A DNA stretch of 62,390 bases, counting the filler, from Babesia bigemina (lineage: Eukaryota): assembly GCF_000981445.1 (NCBI RefSeq). It is 7 parts of 7 records of this genome, joined end to end, with 100 filler letters (N's around TTAATTAATTAA, not from the genome) between each part and the next. Parts side by side here need not be neighbours in the genome. Positions count along the whole stretch, not along the records: positions 1 to 10,188 come from NW_012237273.1; positions 10,289 to 18,398 come from NW_012237274.1; 5 more parts are not named here. One strand, written 5' to 3'. A program made the position numbers and the translations under genes. The notes beneath the pieces were generated by a model, which was given only the letters and a program-made list of their open reading frames with translations, did not search any database and was not told the DNA's origin. This document shows, piece after piece, positions 1 through 11,659 of the stretch. Within the stretch, counting starts at the first letter, position 1; each line of letters opens with the position of its first letter.

Positions 1-1307
1 TCTACATCGCTCCTAATCCACTCCACATCGCCTCTTTACCCACTCTACATCGCCCCTTTATCCACTCTACATCGCCCCTTACTCCACTCTACATCGCTCC
101 TTTATCCACTCTACATCGCCCCTTAACCCACTCTACATCGCCCCTTACTCCACTCTACATCGCCCCTTTATCCACTCTACATCGCCCCTTTATCCACTCT
201 ACATCGCTCCTTTACCCACTCTACATCGCTCCTTTATCCACATCGCCCCTTACCCACTCTACATCGCCCCTTTATCCACTCTACATCGCCCCTTTACCCA
301 CTCCACATCGCCCCTTTGTCCACTCTACATCGCTCCCTAATCCACTCCACATCGCCCCTTTATCCACTCTACATCGCTCCCTAATCCACTCCACATCGCC
401 CCTTTATCCACTCTACATCGCCCCTTTACCCACTCTACATCGCTTCCTAACCCACTCCACATCGCTCCTTTACCCACTCCACATCGCCCCTTAACCCACC
501 TTACATCGCTCCTTATCCACTCTACATCGCCCCTTTATCCATCTTACATCGCTCCTTTACCCACTGTACATCGCTCCCTAACCCACTGTACATCGCTCCT
601 TTACCCACTGTACATCGCCCCTTTATCCACTCTACATCGCCCCTTTATCCACTCTACATCGCTCCTTTACCCACTCCACATCGCCCCTTTCACCACTCCT
701 CATCGCTCCTTTATCCACTCTACATCGCCCCTTTATCCACTCTACATCGCTCCTTTACCCACTCCACATCGCCCCTTTATCCACTCTACATCGCTCCTTT
801 ATCCACTCTACATCGCCCCTTTACCCACTCCACATCGCCCCTTAACCCACTCTACATCGCTCCTAACCCACTCTACATCGCCCCTTTATCCACTCTACAT
901 CGCTCCCTAACCCTCTCTACATCGCTCCCTAACCCACTCTTCATCGCTCCTTAACCCACTCTACATCGCCCCTTAACCCACTCTACATCGCCCCTTAACC
1001 CACTCTACATCGCCCCTTTATCCACTCCACATCGCTCCCTAACCCACTCTACATCGCCCCTTTATCCACTCTACATCGCCCCTTTATCCACTCTTCATCG
1101 CTCCCTAACCCACTACACATCGCTCCCTAATCCACTCCACATCGCCCCTTTATCCACCCTACATCGCCCCTTTATCCACTCCACATCGCTCCTTTATCCA
1201 CTCTACATCGCTCCCTAATCCACTCTACATCGCTCCTTTACCCACTCCACATCGCTCCCTAACCCACTCTACATCGCTCCCTAACCCACTCTACATCGCC
1301 CCTTATC
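1..1307 (+). repeat. 22-bp tandem array (consensus CCACTCTACATCGC(C/T)CC(T/C)T(T/A)A(C/T)), C-rich strand on +
   Basis: Units such as ccactctacatcgcccctttat and cccactctacatcgctccctaa are repeated about 60 times, with occasional 21-bp variants. The array runs directly into coding sequence at ~1308. Confidence 0.97.
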
Positions 1308-4300
1308 TCCCTCCAATCCGAAAAATCTAAGCTTTCTTGCCCCTTCAAATACTCTGATAAGGAGACTTACTGTCAGTACTACGAGAAGCAAATTAGTGAC
1401 ACTACTAAGAAGCTTAAAGAATCTGGGAAAAAAGAAAATGAAATCGCTGAAAATCACAATATAAAGTTTAATAAAACATGTCTAGAAGAGTGTATAAATG
1501 CTCACAAAAAACATCCTCCATCTCCTGCCTTGAAGTCTGTTGAAGAGAAGATTGTCCAGCTTGGTCACCTTGCTGGTAAGCTTGGCGGATTTGTTGGTGA
1601 AAGTGACAGTGTTAACAAAGCCGTTAAGAATGCTATTATCGCTGTAATTAACAGTAATGAAGAGCTTAAAAATGAATACTCTTCTCATGTTACTACCCTT
1701 TCTGAGTCTGTCAAATCTGCTGACCAGGCTGTTGGCACCGTTGAAATTGAGCAGCTTAGTCAGCGAGTTAGTCAAGAAATTACTCTAATTACTCAACGTA
1801 TTAATAGCCCTAAAAACCTTCCTAATAATCTTCCTCCTTCCCCCTCTCCCTCTGCTGACTCAGCCGAATTGCAGCCCAAGTTGGAGGCTTTGAAGGAAGT
1901 GCAGAAGCTTTGTGAAAATTATGAGAATCTTAAGAATGCAAAAGATGAGCCTAAAAATCTCCTTGTTAATCTTTGCACTGGCCTCGAAACATTCCTCGGC
2001 TTCAATTCTGAGACTAAAGGCTACGACGGCACTGGGATTGTGTACTCCGACTTGGACAGGCTGTGTGACGGGGTGATGGGATTTTTGTATCAAGTGCTTA
2101 AGGATGTCAGCGATAAACAGCCTTACGAAACAGGTAAGGAATACTTAAATACATTAGTTAGTAGCACTTTAAAATCAAATTTGAACTCAGGTCACGATGG
2201 TTTTTGCAAGGCGTTTCCCATGGTGACTGTCAACGTCAACCGGTACAACCAGGCAGTGAAGTCGTCGAATGAGAACATAAAGAAAAAGATGGAAAAGCTT
2301 CAGAGTGAGATGAAAGTGTTCACGAAAAACGCATTAAAAGGCATTTTGCCGAAGGCAGATGAGAATGATTTTCAAAAGGTTCTGCAGGCTGTGGATACTG
2401 TCAACAGGGAGTTAGACAGCTGCAAAAATTACGCCAAAGTTTTCACTGACGCTTTGAACATCGATGACAAGAGTGTAAATGACGCAGTCGATGAACTCCA
2501 TTCTCCTTTATCGGTAAGAGTCAAGGATGCGTTGCGGACCGTCAAGCAGGAAAGTGAGCAACTGGGTAGGTTGGCTGAGAGACAGCAGGGCACGTTGAAG
2601 GAGACGGCTGAAAAAGTAAAGAAGACTTTGGGTGAGTTAAAAGTAAGCGTTGATTGCAAAATAGGCGACGACGTGAAAGAGTTTGTGGATGAACTGAAGA
2701 AGAAAGTGAAGCCCATTAAGAAGCATTTAGATGACATTACGACTGAGCTTTCTCAATACGTTATCGAGTTGCAGACGTGGATGGAAGACACGAAAAAGTA
2801 TATTAATGAAGTTAAGGATACGCACGTTAAGAGAATCGTTAACGAGACCACGGACAGTCTTACTGGCAAAACAAATTTGATTGAGGATGAGAGACAAAAG
2901 GTGTTGAAGTTGAAAAAAGATCTTACTACTCATATTGAAAGCGTTAGAAGTATTGTTAAAGACAAGGTATCGGATGCAAAGACTGCGAAAGTTGCGCAGC
3001 TGGACGGGTGGAAGAAGGCAGCCGGGAGCGTTGTGGAGGAAGCGAAGAGGAAGTGTATGCAGATTGGTGGGATGGTTGTGACTGATGGTACAGGTAACGG
3101 GGAAATTTATAAGTTAGCGAAAGAGATGCAAGATAAGGCTGAGGAGCTCAGAGTGGCGGCGAAGCATATTAAGGCGGAGATTGGGGGATGGGTTGGGAAT
3201 GCTACTAAAGCTGTTGGAGAATTAGAGGATGTACTAAAAACTGATTTGTATCACGTGAAAGATAATATTGATAGTGGGATACTCAAATATGTCAATGGGT
3301 TGAGAGATGCGTTGACTAAAGGAATGGAAGCCTCAAGCGGACGCGGTACATTTGGTTATAATCAATTGATAGGTGCACTCACGGGTAAATTAGGAGAACA
3401 GCTGCCGAAGTTTAAGGAAGCGCTTGTAACGACGCAGCGAAGCAACGACGTCGGCACTTATCTGGAAAAAATCTTGTATGATCTTCAGCAGTCGAAAACT
3501 ACATTGACAAAACCTTTAGAAGCCTTGAAAACGGCTTTTTATAATGATATGCAGGCTCAAGTCGAAACGCATTTACCAAAAGTCGATAATGAGGGTACAA
3601 CAAAAGTACAACTTACGAAGCTTTCCAGGTCTTTCTACAACGCTCGAACGGACGGCAAAGACATCACCAAGCAAACAGCACTTAAAAAAGCGATCGAAAA
3701 AATTGAAACCGACGTGAATGCAAAATTGCTGGACGACGAAGGCGTCAGAGGTAGCATTGAAGGTGAAAACAGTACCTTCACTTCCCCCTTTACCAAAATC
3801 GAACAACAGCTCCAACAGATCGCCGGGCTGGTTGACAGCGATAAAAAGCAGTCGGGGATACCGGGTGATGGGCAAAAGGAAGGCGTCATAAACTACTTGG
3901 ATGATGTTACGAGTATGCTTGCCGAAGATCCCGTTACCCTCAAGTCCGATATAAAATCTGCCCACGCCTCTATCAAAGGCCTCGAGACGATCAAGGGTGA
4001 AATCACTACCGCGCTGGACGGTATCGACACCTACGTCTCAAACATCTCAGTTTCGCACATAACCAATGGCCTGAATAACGTATCCACCGAAATCACGAAA
4101 CACCTTGGAGATCTCGAGCAAGCTATAGATCAAACCACGAATGCCGTCCATGCGAAATTGATCGCTCTGAAAGACGATAAAATTGGTAACGCTGCGAATA
4201 GCAAGACAATCAAGGAGAACACCTTACAAGCCATTTCTGACAAACTTGACAAACTTCAGAAGGGCCTGGTGACAGATGCCGTCAAAGAGACCAAGTCGCT

Positions 4301-7253
4301 GCTTGATACCTACTTGACGAAAGCTGAGGAACACTACACGAAAGAGCTGAAATCTCACCTCAACACTCAAGTAAAACAAGCCATCGAGACGCTCACCACC
4401 CACTCGCAAAAGCAATACTTCCTCTCCACGGTGTCACTCCTGTCCGAGTACTCCAATAGAGTTGAGAAGGAGTTGAAGCCGTTGCCGCAAGAAATTAAGA
4501 ACGATTTGGAGAGAGGGCACAAAGGGTTCATGAATGTATTTGCAGCCAAGTTCGTAAGCAATATTGAGAAAATTAAGCCGATCACCGCCACTTCCTTCAC
4601 TCAGAAGGGCTCACTAAAAATATCTCCAGTAAGTCAGGCTGCTAAAGAACTAAACAAGTCTCTCACATACTGCTTCCAAAGTCTCAACAGGCAGGCTGAT
4701 ATAACTGCTGACGTCGACTTAGCCGAGCCGGCGAAGACGGCTCTGATCACTGTCCTCGGTAGCATTCAAACGTCTAATCACTTCGATAACACCTTTGTAG
4801 ATAATTTAGTGTCACTTAAAAATACAATGCACGAATTCAATCCTAGAACGTACGGGGACAGCAACAACCCTTGGCTACTAGATGCACTTAAGAAGGGTCT
4901 GTCGTTTCTCATTGATGAACTTCAAGTGGCGTACGTGAGCGTGTATGATGGCCATGAAGATTACATTGATTTCAATAAACTGTTTGATCCTCCGATCAAC
5001 GTTTCCATGAATGTCAATCAGAAATCCGAGCTGACTGACGTAGGCAGAAAGCTGTCGAAGGTCTGCCTTACCATACTCGGCATTATTTTTGAAGACATCA
5101 GTACGTTGAAAAAATGCTGTGGTACCAAGTGTAAATCGGATCAAATTAATACATCAACTACACTTGGTGAGTTCTTCTCCGATCACGGTTATATAGTGTC
5201 GATGAGAGGTAAGCAGCATGGTGAGTTGCGGGATAAGGAAAAAATGAGAGGCTTCCATATTTATAAGATCCTCACCGATGCGATTACAGGCGCAGATAAG
5301 ATCATTGAACACATGAAGAAGTGTGAATCAAACAAAAGGGTTGGACAAGATGAGCCGATAAAAGCTGAGAAGTTTGCCATCATCGACCTCCTTAGTTGCA
5401 TCTATCAGCACATAGAGCAATACAATGAGGTCTGCCATATCGCTACATTCTCTGCTACCAGATCACCGTGCTCAGTATACGAGATGCTCATTTGGCTCAG
5501 CGGACTAACGCATAATCGCGTATGTTCTGCCATGGTTGGGAAAACGTTCTTGGATCTATTAAAGGACCCAGCTAAGGAAGCTAGGGAGACGCAACAAGAG
5601 GGAGAAGTGGACGAACCTATAGTCCTAGAAGTGGACCCAAACTCGATATCTCTTGACGCATATCCAAAGAGCATAGAATTTGTCAGACTTGATGCGACAC
5701 TGACACGTATATGTTCAAAAGCGTACGATCTTATTTGCACAATCGTTGGAACGGGAGACGAGTACACCACGTACGGCTGCGACTACTCTAACAATTCGTT
5801 CAAGCTGAAATATCCCAGCGATCCTGCCGCTTGCTTCGACATGTTGCTCGACATCCTTCGTCGCCTACTTCCGCAGCTCAGATATTTGTCCAGTCGTTGT
5901 GACGTAGCAACTGAGCACCACGGTTGGCGGAATTGCGAGTACGGCAAGGAAGTTCCTACAAGCACATCGCATTGTATCAACGAAACAGAGGGCCAGGCAA
6001 ACACGAAACCAAAGTGCCAACCAAATTGCCAGGCAAACACTAAAGTAAGCTGCCAGCCAACTTCACCACTGATGTCTTATTTGAACGATTGTCTACCAGG
6101 CCACTTGCCTCATCAACTCATTAGAATCGGCTGCAAGTACGAGTGCTCCACATGCCCGACCACTTCTAAGAAGGGAATGCCCTGTCTGACTCCTCTCGGT
6201 TTTAGAGGGTTTTCTGGTAGCACGAAACAGGGTAAAGATCTTTGTGAAGCAATTAGACTTTTCTTCGGTAGCGGTCTGATTTCAACTCTGCTGTGTCTCA
6301 CTCCCAAGCCACCATCCACATTACCGGAGCATTTTGGCTTTACCTTGTCACTCATAGAATGCCTTGAAACTTCAGAGAAGAAAACAACTGTTGATGGCGT
6401 CACAGTGAAAGCGGCATTTACAACATCAATAACGAAGCTGTCCGTACAGCTTTACACTGCACAATCCGACTTAACCAATGCTATAAGTAAGGCGTACGGC
6501 CCGACGGCCTCTGACCATGGTGAATGCGAGCATTCACATCTTAGAAATCTTACAAGTGCTCGTAGCTGCAGACAAAAATCAAACAAAGATATCGAATGCG
6601 CTCCTTACCTATACACCATGTGTCACGATGCGTATTCCTACTTGGCCGCCAAGCATACCGATGTCTATCTGTCGTGGGCCATCTATTTACCATGGGATTT
6701 TTGGAAATATCTCAAACACTTATACGACAGCTTCTGCAATATAAACTGCGCAGATTGGGGGTGTCGCCAGTGTTTACAAGGCACAGCATGTAATAGTGGC
6801 AAACACGGACAGAGCGAAACGAATAGTGATGGCATCCGTAAGTCGTATTGCCAATGCCCCTCTATCGTTGGCTGCAAAGGTGTGTCTCCAACGCTGTACC
6901 AATATGGATTCAGCTTCCAAGATGCATCTTCACTGAATCACGCAACTTATCCTAATACGTGCACTGATTTCTGCTCTCAGCTGGACAAGGTGTTGAAATC
7001 GAATTACTTCGTTAAGCTGTTCACGGAATGTGACAACTTCATTTGGACCATCAGAGAACCGTTCACCTACTTGGTCCTCGCACTCTGGTCACTATCGCTC
7101 TTCTACCTCATCTGCGTGATGGTTGGCAGACTGGATGTGCTCCACATACGCTCACACCTGAGGATACCGTCATCGCACAGGATAACGGCGCAGTCATTGT
7201 TGGCTGCAGCGCAAGTCGGAAGGCTTGCCAAAATATCGTATCTACAACCATGA
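1308..7253 (+). pseudogene. ves/VESA-related variant antigen gene A, 5'-truncated, no ATG start; otherwise an uninterrupted ~1980-codon frame
   Basis: The ORF-track frame 1530..7253 (TTG start) stays open upstream to 1308. There it reads SLQSEKSKLSCPFKY..., matching residue ~57 onward of the intact paralogue (SLQAEKSKLECPVKY). It contains the YSDLDRLCDGVM block, the Cys-rich domain, a TM segment (FTYLVLALWSLSLFYLICVMV) and the YLQP* end. Confidence 0.8.
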
Positions 7254-7404
7254 TCATCGTCACATTTGTAATTCACAACAACTCACGTAACATCTCACCT
7301 ACTCACCTAACTGACAAACGTAGTCTAATGTCTCAAATTACTCTAGCGGCAACCTGTGAACTAGGTAGTACATAAATTAGGTGATGAGTAAACGACAATG
7401 CAAC
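7254..7404 (+). promoter_or_regulatory. 3' flank of gene A containing the conserved TCACCTACTCACCTA motif (7295-7309)
   Basis: The same 15-mer lies ~40 nt after the stop codon of every paralogue whose 3' end is sequenced. Confidence 0.55.
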
Positions 7405-7762
7405 ATGTTGACCTAGCACCCAGGCGAGGTGCTGACCTAGCACCCAGGCAAAGTGCTGACCTAGCACCCAGGCAAAGTGCTAACCTAGCAACCAGGCAAA
7501 GTGATAAGCTAGCAACTAGGCAACGTGCTAACCTAGCAACCAGGCAAAGTGCTAAGCTAGCACCCAGGCAAAGTGCTAAGCTAGCAACCAGGCAAAGTGC
7601 TAAGCTAGCAACCAGGCAAAGTGGTAAGCTGGCAACCAGGCAAAGTGCTAAGCTAGCAACCAGGCAACGTGATAAGCAAGCACCCAGGCAAAGTGCTGAC
7701 CTAGCACCCAGGCAAAGTGCTAACCTAGCAACCAGGCAAAGTGCTAAGCTAGCATTCAGGCA
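7405..7762 (+). repeat. 24-bp tandem array (GCTAAGCTAGCAACCAGGCAAAGT), about 15 units
   Basis: Read directly. It produces the spurious ATRQSAKL-repeat ORF at 7398..7826. Confidence 0.93.
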
Positions 7763-7767
7763 AGTTA

Positions 7768-8135
7768 ATGGTTACGGCAGCGGTGACATGGTCACGGCAG
7801 CGATTACATGGTCACGGCAGCGATGACATGGTCACGGCAGCGATGACATGGTTACGGTAGCGATGACATGGACACGGCAGCGATGACATGGACACGGCAG
7901 CGATGACATGGACACGGCAGCGATGACATGGACACGGCAGCGATGACATGGACACGGCAGCGATGACATGGTCACGGCAGCGATGAAATGGTCACGGCAG
8001 CGATGAAATGGTCACGGCAGCGATGAAATGGTCACGGCAGCGATGACATGGTCACGGCAGCGATTACATGGTCACGGCAGCGATGACATGGTCACGGCAG
8101 CGATGACACGGTCACGGCAGCGATGACATGGACAC
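7768..8135 (+). repeat. 20-bp tandem array (ATGGTCACGGCAGCGATGAC), about 18 units
   Basis: Read directly. It ends at the AAGTGGTGATTATTA junction (8136-8150). Confidence 0.96.
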
Positions 8136-8150
8136 AAGTGGTGATTATTA

Positions 8151-10188
8151 CCCACTCTACATCGCTCCTTAACCCACTCTACATCGCCCCTTATCCACTC
8201 TACATCGCTCCCTAACCCACCTTACATCGCCCCTTTACCCACTCTACATCGCTCCCTTATCCACTCTACATCGCCCCTTTACCCACTCCACATCGCCCCT
8301 AATCCACTCTACATCGCTCCCTAACCCACTCTTCATCGCCCCTTTATCCACTCTACACCGCCCCTTAACCCACTCTACATCGCCCCTTTATCCACTCCAC
8401 ATCGCCCCTTTATCCACTCTACATCGCTCCCTTATCCACTCTACATCGCTCCCTAGCACACTCTACATCGCTCCCTAACCCACTCTACATCGCCTCTTAA
8501 CCCACTCCACATCGCCCCTTAACCCACTCCACATCGCCCCTTTATCCACTCTACATCGCCCCTTATCCACTCTACATCGCCCCTTATCCACTCTACATCG
8601 CCCCTTAACCCACTCTACATCGCTCCCTAACCCACTCCACATCGCTCCTTTATCCACTCTACATCGCTCCCTAATCCACTCTACATCGCTCCCTAACCCA
8701 CTCCACATCGCTCCCTAACCCACTCTACATCGCCCCTTTATCCACTCTACATCGCCCCTTTATCCACTCTACATCGCCCCTTTATCCACTCTACATCGCT
8801 CCTTTACCCACTCTACATCGCTCCCTTATCCACTCCACATCGCTCCTTAACCCACTCTACATCGCCCCTTAACCCACTCTACATCGCCCCTTTATCCACT
8901 CTACATCGCTCCTCTATCCACTCTACATCGCCCCTTAATCCACTCTACATCGCTCCTTTACCCACTCTACATCGCTCCCTTATCCACTCCACATCGCTCC
9001 TTAACCCACTCTACATCGCCCCTTAACCCACTCTACATCGCCCCTTTGTCCACTCTACATCGCTCCCTAACCCACTCCACATCGCTCCCTAATCCACTCT
9101 ACATCGCCCCTTTATCCACTCTACATCGCCCCTTATCCACTCTACATCGCCCCTTTATCCACTCTACATCGCCCCTTCATCCACTCCACATCGCCCCTTT
9201 ATCCACTCTACACCGCCCCTTATCCACTCTACATCGCTCCCTTACCCACTCTACATCGCCCCTTATCCACTCTACATCGCCCCTTTTATCCACTCTACAT
9301 CGCTCCCTAACCCACTCTACATCGCTACCTAACCCACTCCACATCGCTCCCTTACCCACTCTACATCGCCCCTTAACCCACTCTACATCGCCCCTTATCC
9401 ACTCTACACCGCCCCTTATCCACTCCACATCGCCCCTTATCCACTCCACATCGCTCCCTAACCCACTCTACATCGCCCCTTTACCCACTCTACATCGCCC
9501 CTTTATCCACTCTACATCGCTCCCTAATCCACTCTATATCGCCCCTTAACCCACTCTACATCGCCCCTTTATCCACTCCACATCGCTCCCTAACCCACTC
9601 TACATCGCTCCTTTACCCACTCTACATCGCCCCTTTATCCACTCCACATCGCTCCCTAATCCACTCCACATCGCCCCTTTATCCACTCTACATCGCCCCT
9701 TAACCCACTCCACATCGCTCCTTTACCCACTCTACATCGCTCCTTTATCCACCCTTCATCGCTCCTTTATCCACCCTTCATCGCCCCTTAACCCACTCTA
9801 CATCGCCCCTCAATCCACTCTACATCGCCCCTTTATCCACTCCACATCGCCCCTTTATCCACTCTACATCGCTCCCTTATCCACTCTACATCGCCCCTTT
9901 ACCCACTCTACATCGCTCCTTACTCCACTCTACATCGCCCCTTTATCCACTCTACATCGCCCCTTTATCCACTCAACATCGCTCCCTAATCCACTCTACA
10001 TCGCTCCCTAATCCACTCTACATCGCTCCCTAATCCACTCTACATCGCTCCTTTCTCCACTCTACATCGCTCCTTTCTCCACTCTACATCGCTCCTTTAC
10101 CCACTCTACATCGCTCCATAACCCACTCTACATCGCTCCCTTACCCACTCTACATCGCCCCTTTATCCACTCTTCATCGCTCCCTAAC
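8151..10188 (+). repeat. 22-bp tandem array, C-rich on +, runs into gap
   Basis: Same unit as 1-1307. Confidence 0.97.
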
Positions 10189-10288
10189 NNNNNNNNNNNN
10201 NNNNNNNNNNNNNNNNNNNNNNNNNNNNNNNNTTAATTAATTAANNNNNNNNNNNNNNNNNNNNNNNNNNNNNNNNNNNNNNNNNNNN
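10189..10288. other. Assembly spacer 44N-TTAATTAATTAA-44N
   Basis: An identical 100-bp spacer with a six-frame stop linker occurs six times. Confidence 0.98.
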
Positions 10289-10524
10289 AGGGCGATGTAG
10301 AGTGGATAGAGGAGCGATGTAGAGTGGGTTAGGGAGCGATGAGGAGTGGGTAAAGGGGCGATGTAAGGTGGTTAAGGGGCGATGTAGAGTGGGTTAGGGA
10401 GCGACGTAGAGTGGATAAGGGAGCGATGTAGAGTGGATAAAGGAGCGATTAGAGGAGGTTAAGGGGCGATGTGGAGTGGGTAAAGGGGCGATGTGGAGTG
10501 GGTTAGGGAGCGATGTAGAGTGGA
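10289..10524 (-). repeat. 22-bp tandem array, G-rich on + (cassette oriented on -)
   Basis: Units of ggggcgatgtagagtgggttaa type, followed by TAATAATCACCACTT (10525-10539). Confidence 0.95.
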
Positions 10525-10544
10525 TAATAATCACCACTTTGGTC

Positions 10545-11131
10545 ACCATGTCATCGCTGCCGTGACCATGTCATCGCTGCCGTTACCATGTCATCGCTGC
10601 CGTAATCATGTCCTCGCTGCCGTAACCATGTCATCGCTGCCGTGACCATGTCATTGCTGCCGTGTTGATGTCATTGCTGCCGTGACCATGTCGTCGCTGC
10701 CGTGTCCATGTCATCGCTACCGTGCCCATGTCATCGCTGCCGTAACCATGTCATCGCTACCGTGCCCATGTCATCGCTGCCGTGTCCATGTCATCGCTGC
10801 CGTAACCATGTCATCGCTGCCGTGACCATGTCATCGCTGCCGTAACCATCAATGTCATCGCTGCCGTGACCATGTCATCGCTGCTGTGACCATGTCATCG
10901 CTGCCGTGACCATGTCATCGCTGCTGTGACCATGTCATCGCTGCCGTGACCATGTCATCGCTGCCGTGACCATGTCATCGCTGCCGTAACCATGTCATCG
11001 CTGCCGTAACCATGTCATCGCTGCCGTGACCATGTCATCGCTGCCGTGACCATGTCATCGCTGCCGTGACCATGTCATCGCTGCCGTGACCATGTCATCG
11101 CTGCCGTGACCATGTCATCGCTGCCGTGACC
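10545..11131 (-). repeat. 20-bp tandem array (CATGTCATCGCTGCCGTGAC on +), about 29 units
   Basis: Read directly. Confidence 0.96.
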
Positions 11132-11136
11132 ACTAA

Positions 11137-11518
11137 CTTGGTCAGCACCTTGGTCACCACTTTGGTCATGGCATTAGTCAGCACATAGGTCACCACTTTG
11201 GTCATCACTTTGGTCATCACTTTGGTCACCCCTTTGGTCAGCACTTTGGTCAGCACATTGGTCAGCACATTGGTCAGCACCTTGGTCAGCACGTTGGTCA
11301 CCACATTGGTCACCACCTTGGTCATCACGTTGGTCAGCACATTGGTCAGCACCTTGGTCAGCACCTTGGTCACCACTTTGGTCAGCACGTTGGTCAGCAC
11401 ATTGGTCAGCACATTGGTCATGGCATTGGTCAGCACTTTGGTCAGCACATTGGTCACCACTTTGGTCAGCACATTGGTCAGCATCTTGGTCATGGCATTG
11501 GGCAGCACATTGGTCAGC
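11137..11518 (-). repeat. 12-bp tandem array (TTGGTCAGCAC(T/A) on +; GTGCTGACCAAA on -), about 31 units
   Basis: Read directly. It produces the VLTK/VLTN and LVST repeat ORFs. Confidence 0.95.
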
Positions 11519-11659
11519 TACTAAATCACCACATCAGTTAACTATTACACAATCACATACAACGATTAATGAGTGATGCAACAGATTAAAGCACAATTCA
11601 TAAGTTAGGTGAGTAGGTGATATGCTAGGTGAGTGTAGATAGTAAACACGTGAGTACGA

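Noticed and set aside
1530..7253. Calling the large proteins staphylococcal Ebh, SMC or myosin homologues
   Set aside because: The resemblance is generic helical/coiled-coil composition. The Cys-rich domain, TM segment and SHL..PSSHRI tail point to a piroplasm ves-related family.
9046..9549. Repeat-derived ORFs (STLHRP.., VEWIRG.., VLTK.., GQHF.., ATRQSAKL)
   Set aside because: They are translations of tandem repeats. The 22- and 20-bp units are not multiples of three, and frames break at variant units.
8151..10188. 22-, 20- and 12-bp arrays as CRISPR arrays
   Set aside because: Units are directly head-to-tail with no unique spacers, there are no cas-like ORFs, and the context is eukaryotic.
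10233..10244. Palindromic TTAATTAATTAA recurring six times (possible target site or terminal repeat)
   Set aside because: It is always centred in exactly 44+44 Ns, so it is an artificial six-frame-stop linker. ORFs ending ...XXXLIN are artefacts.
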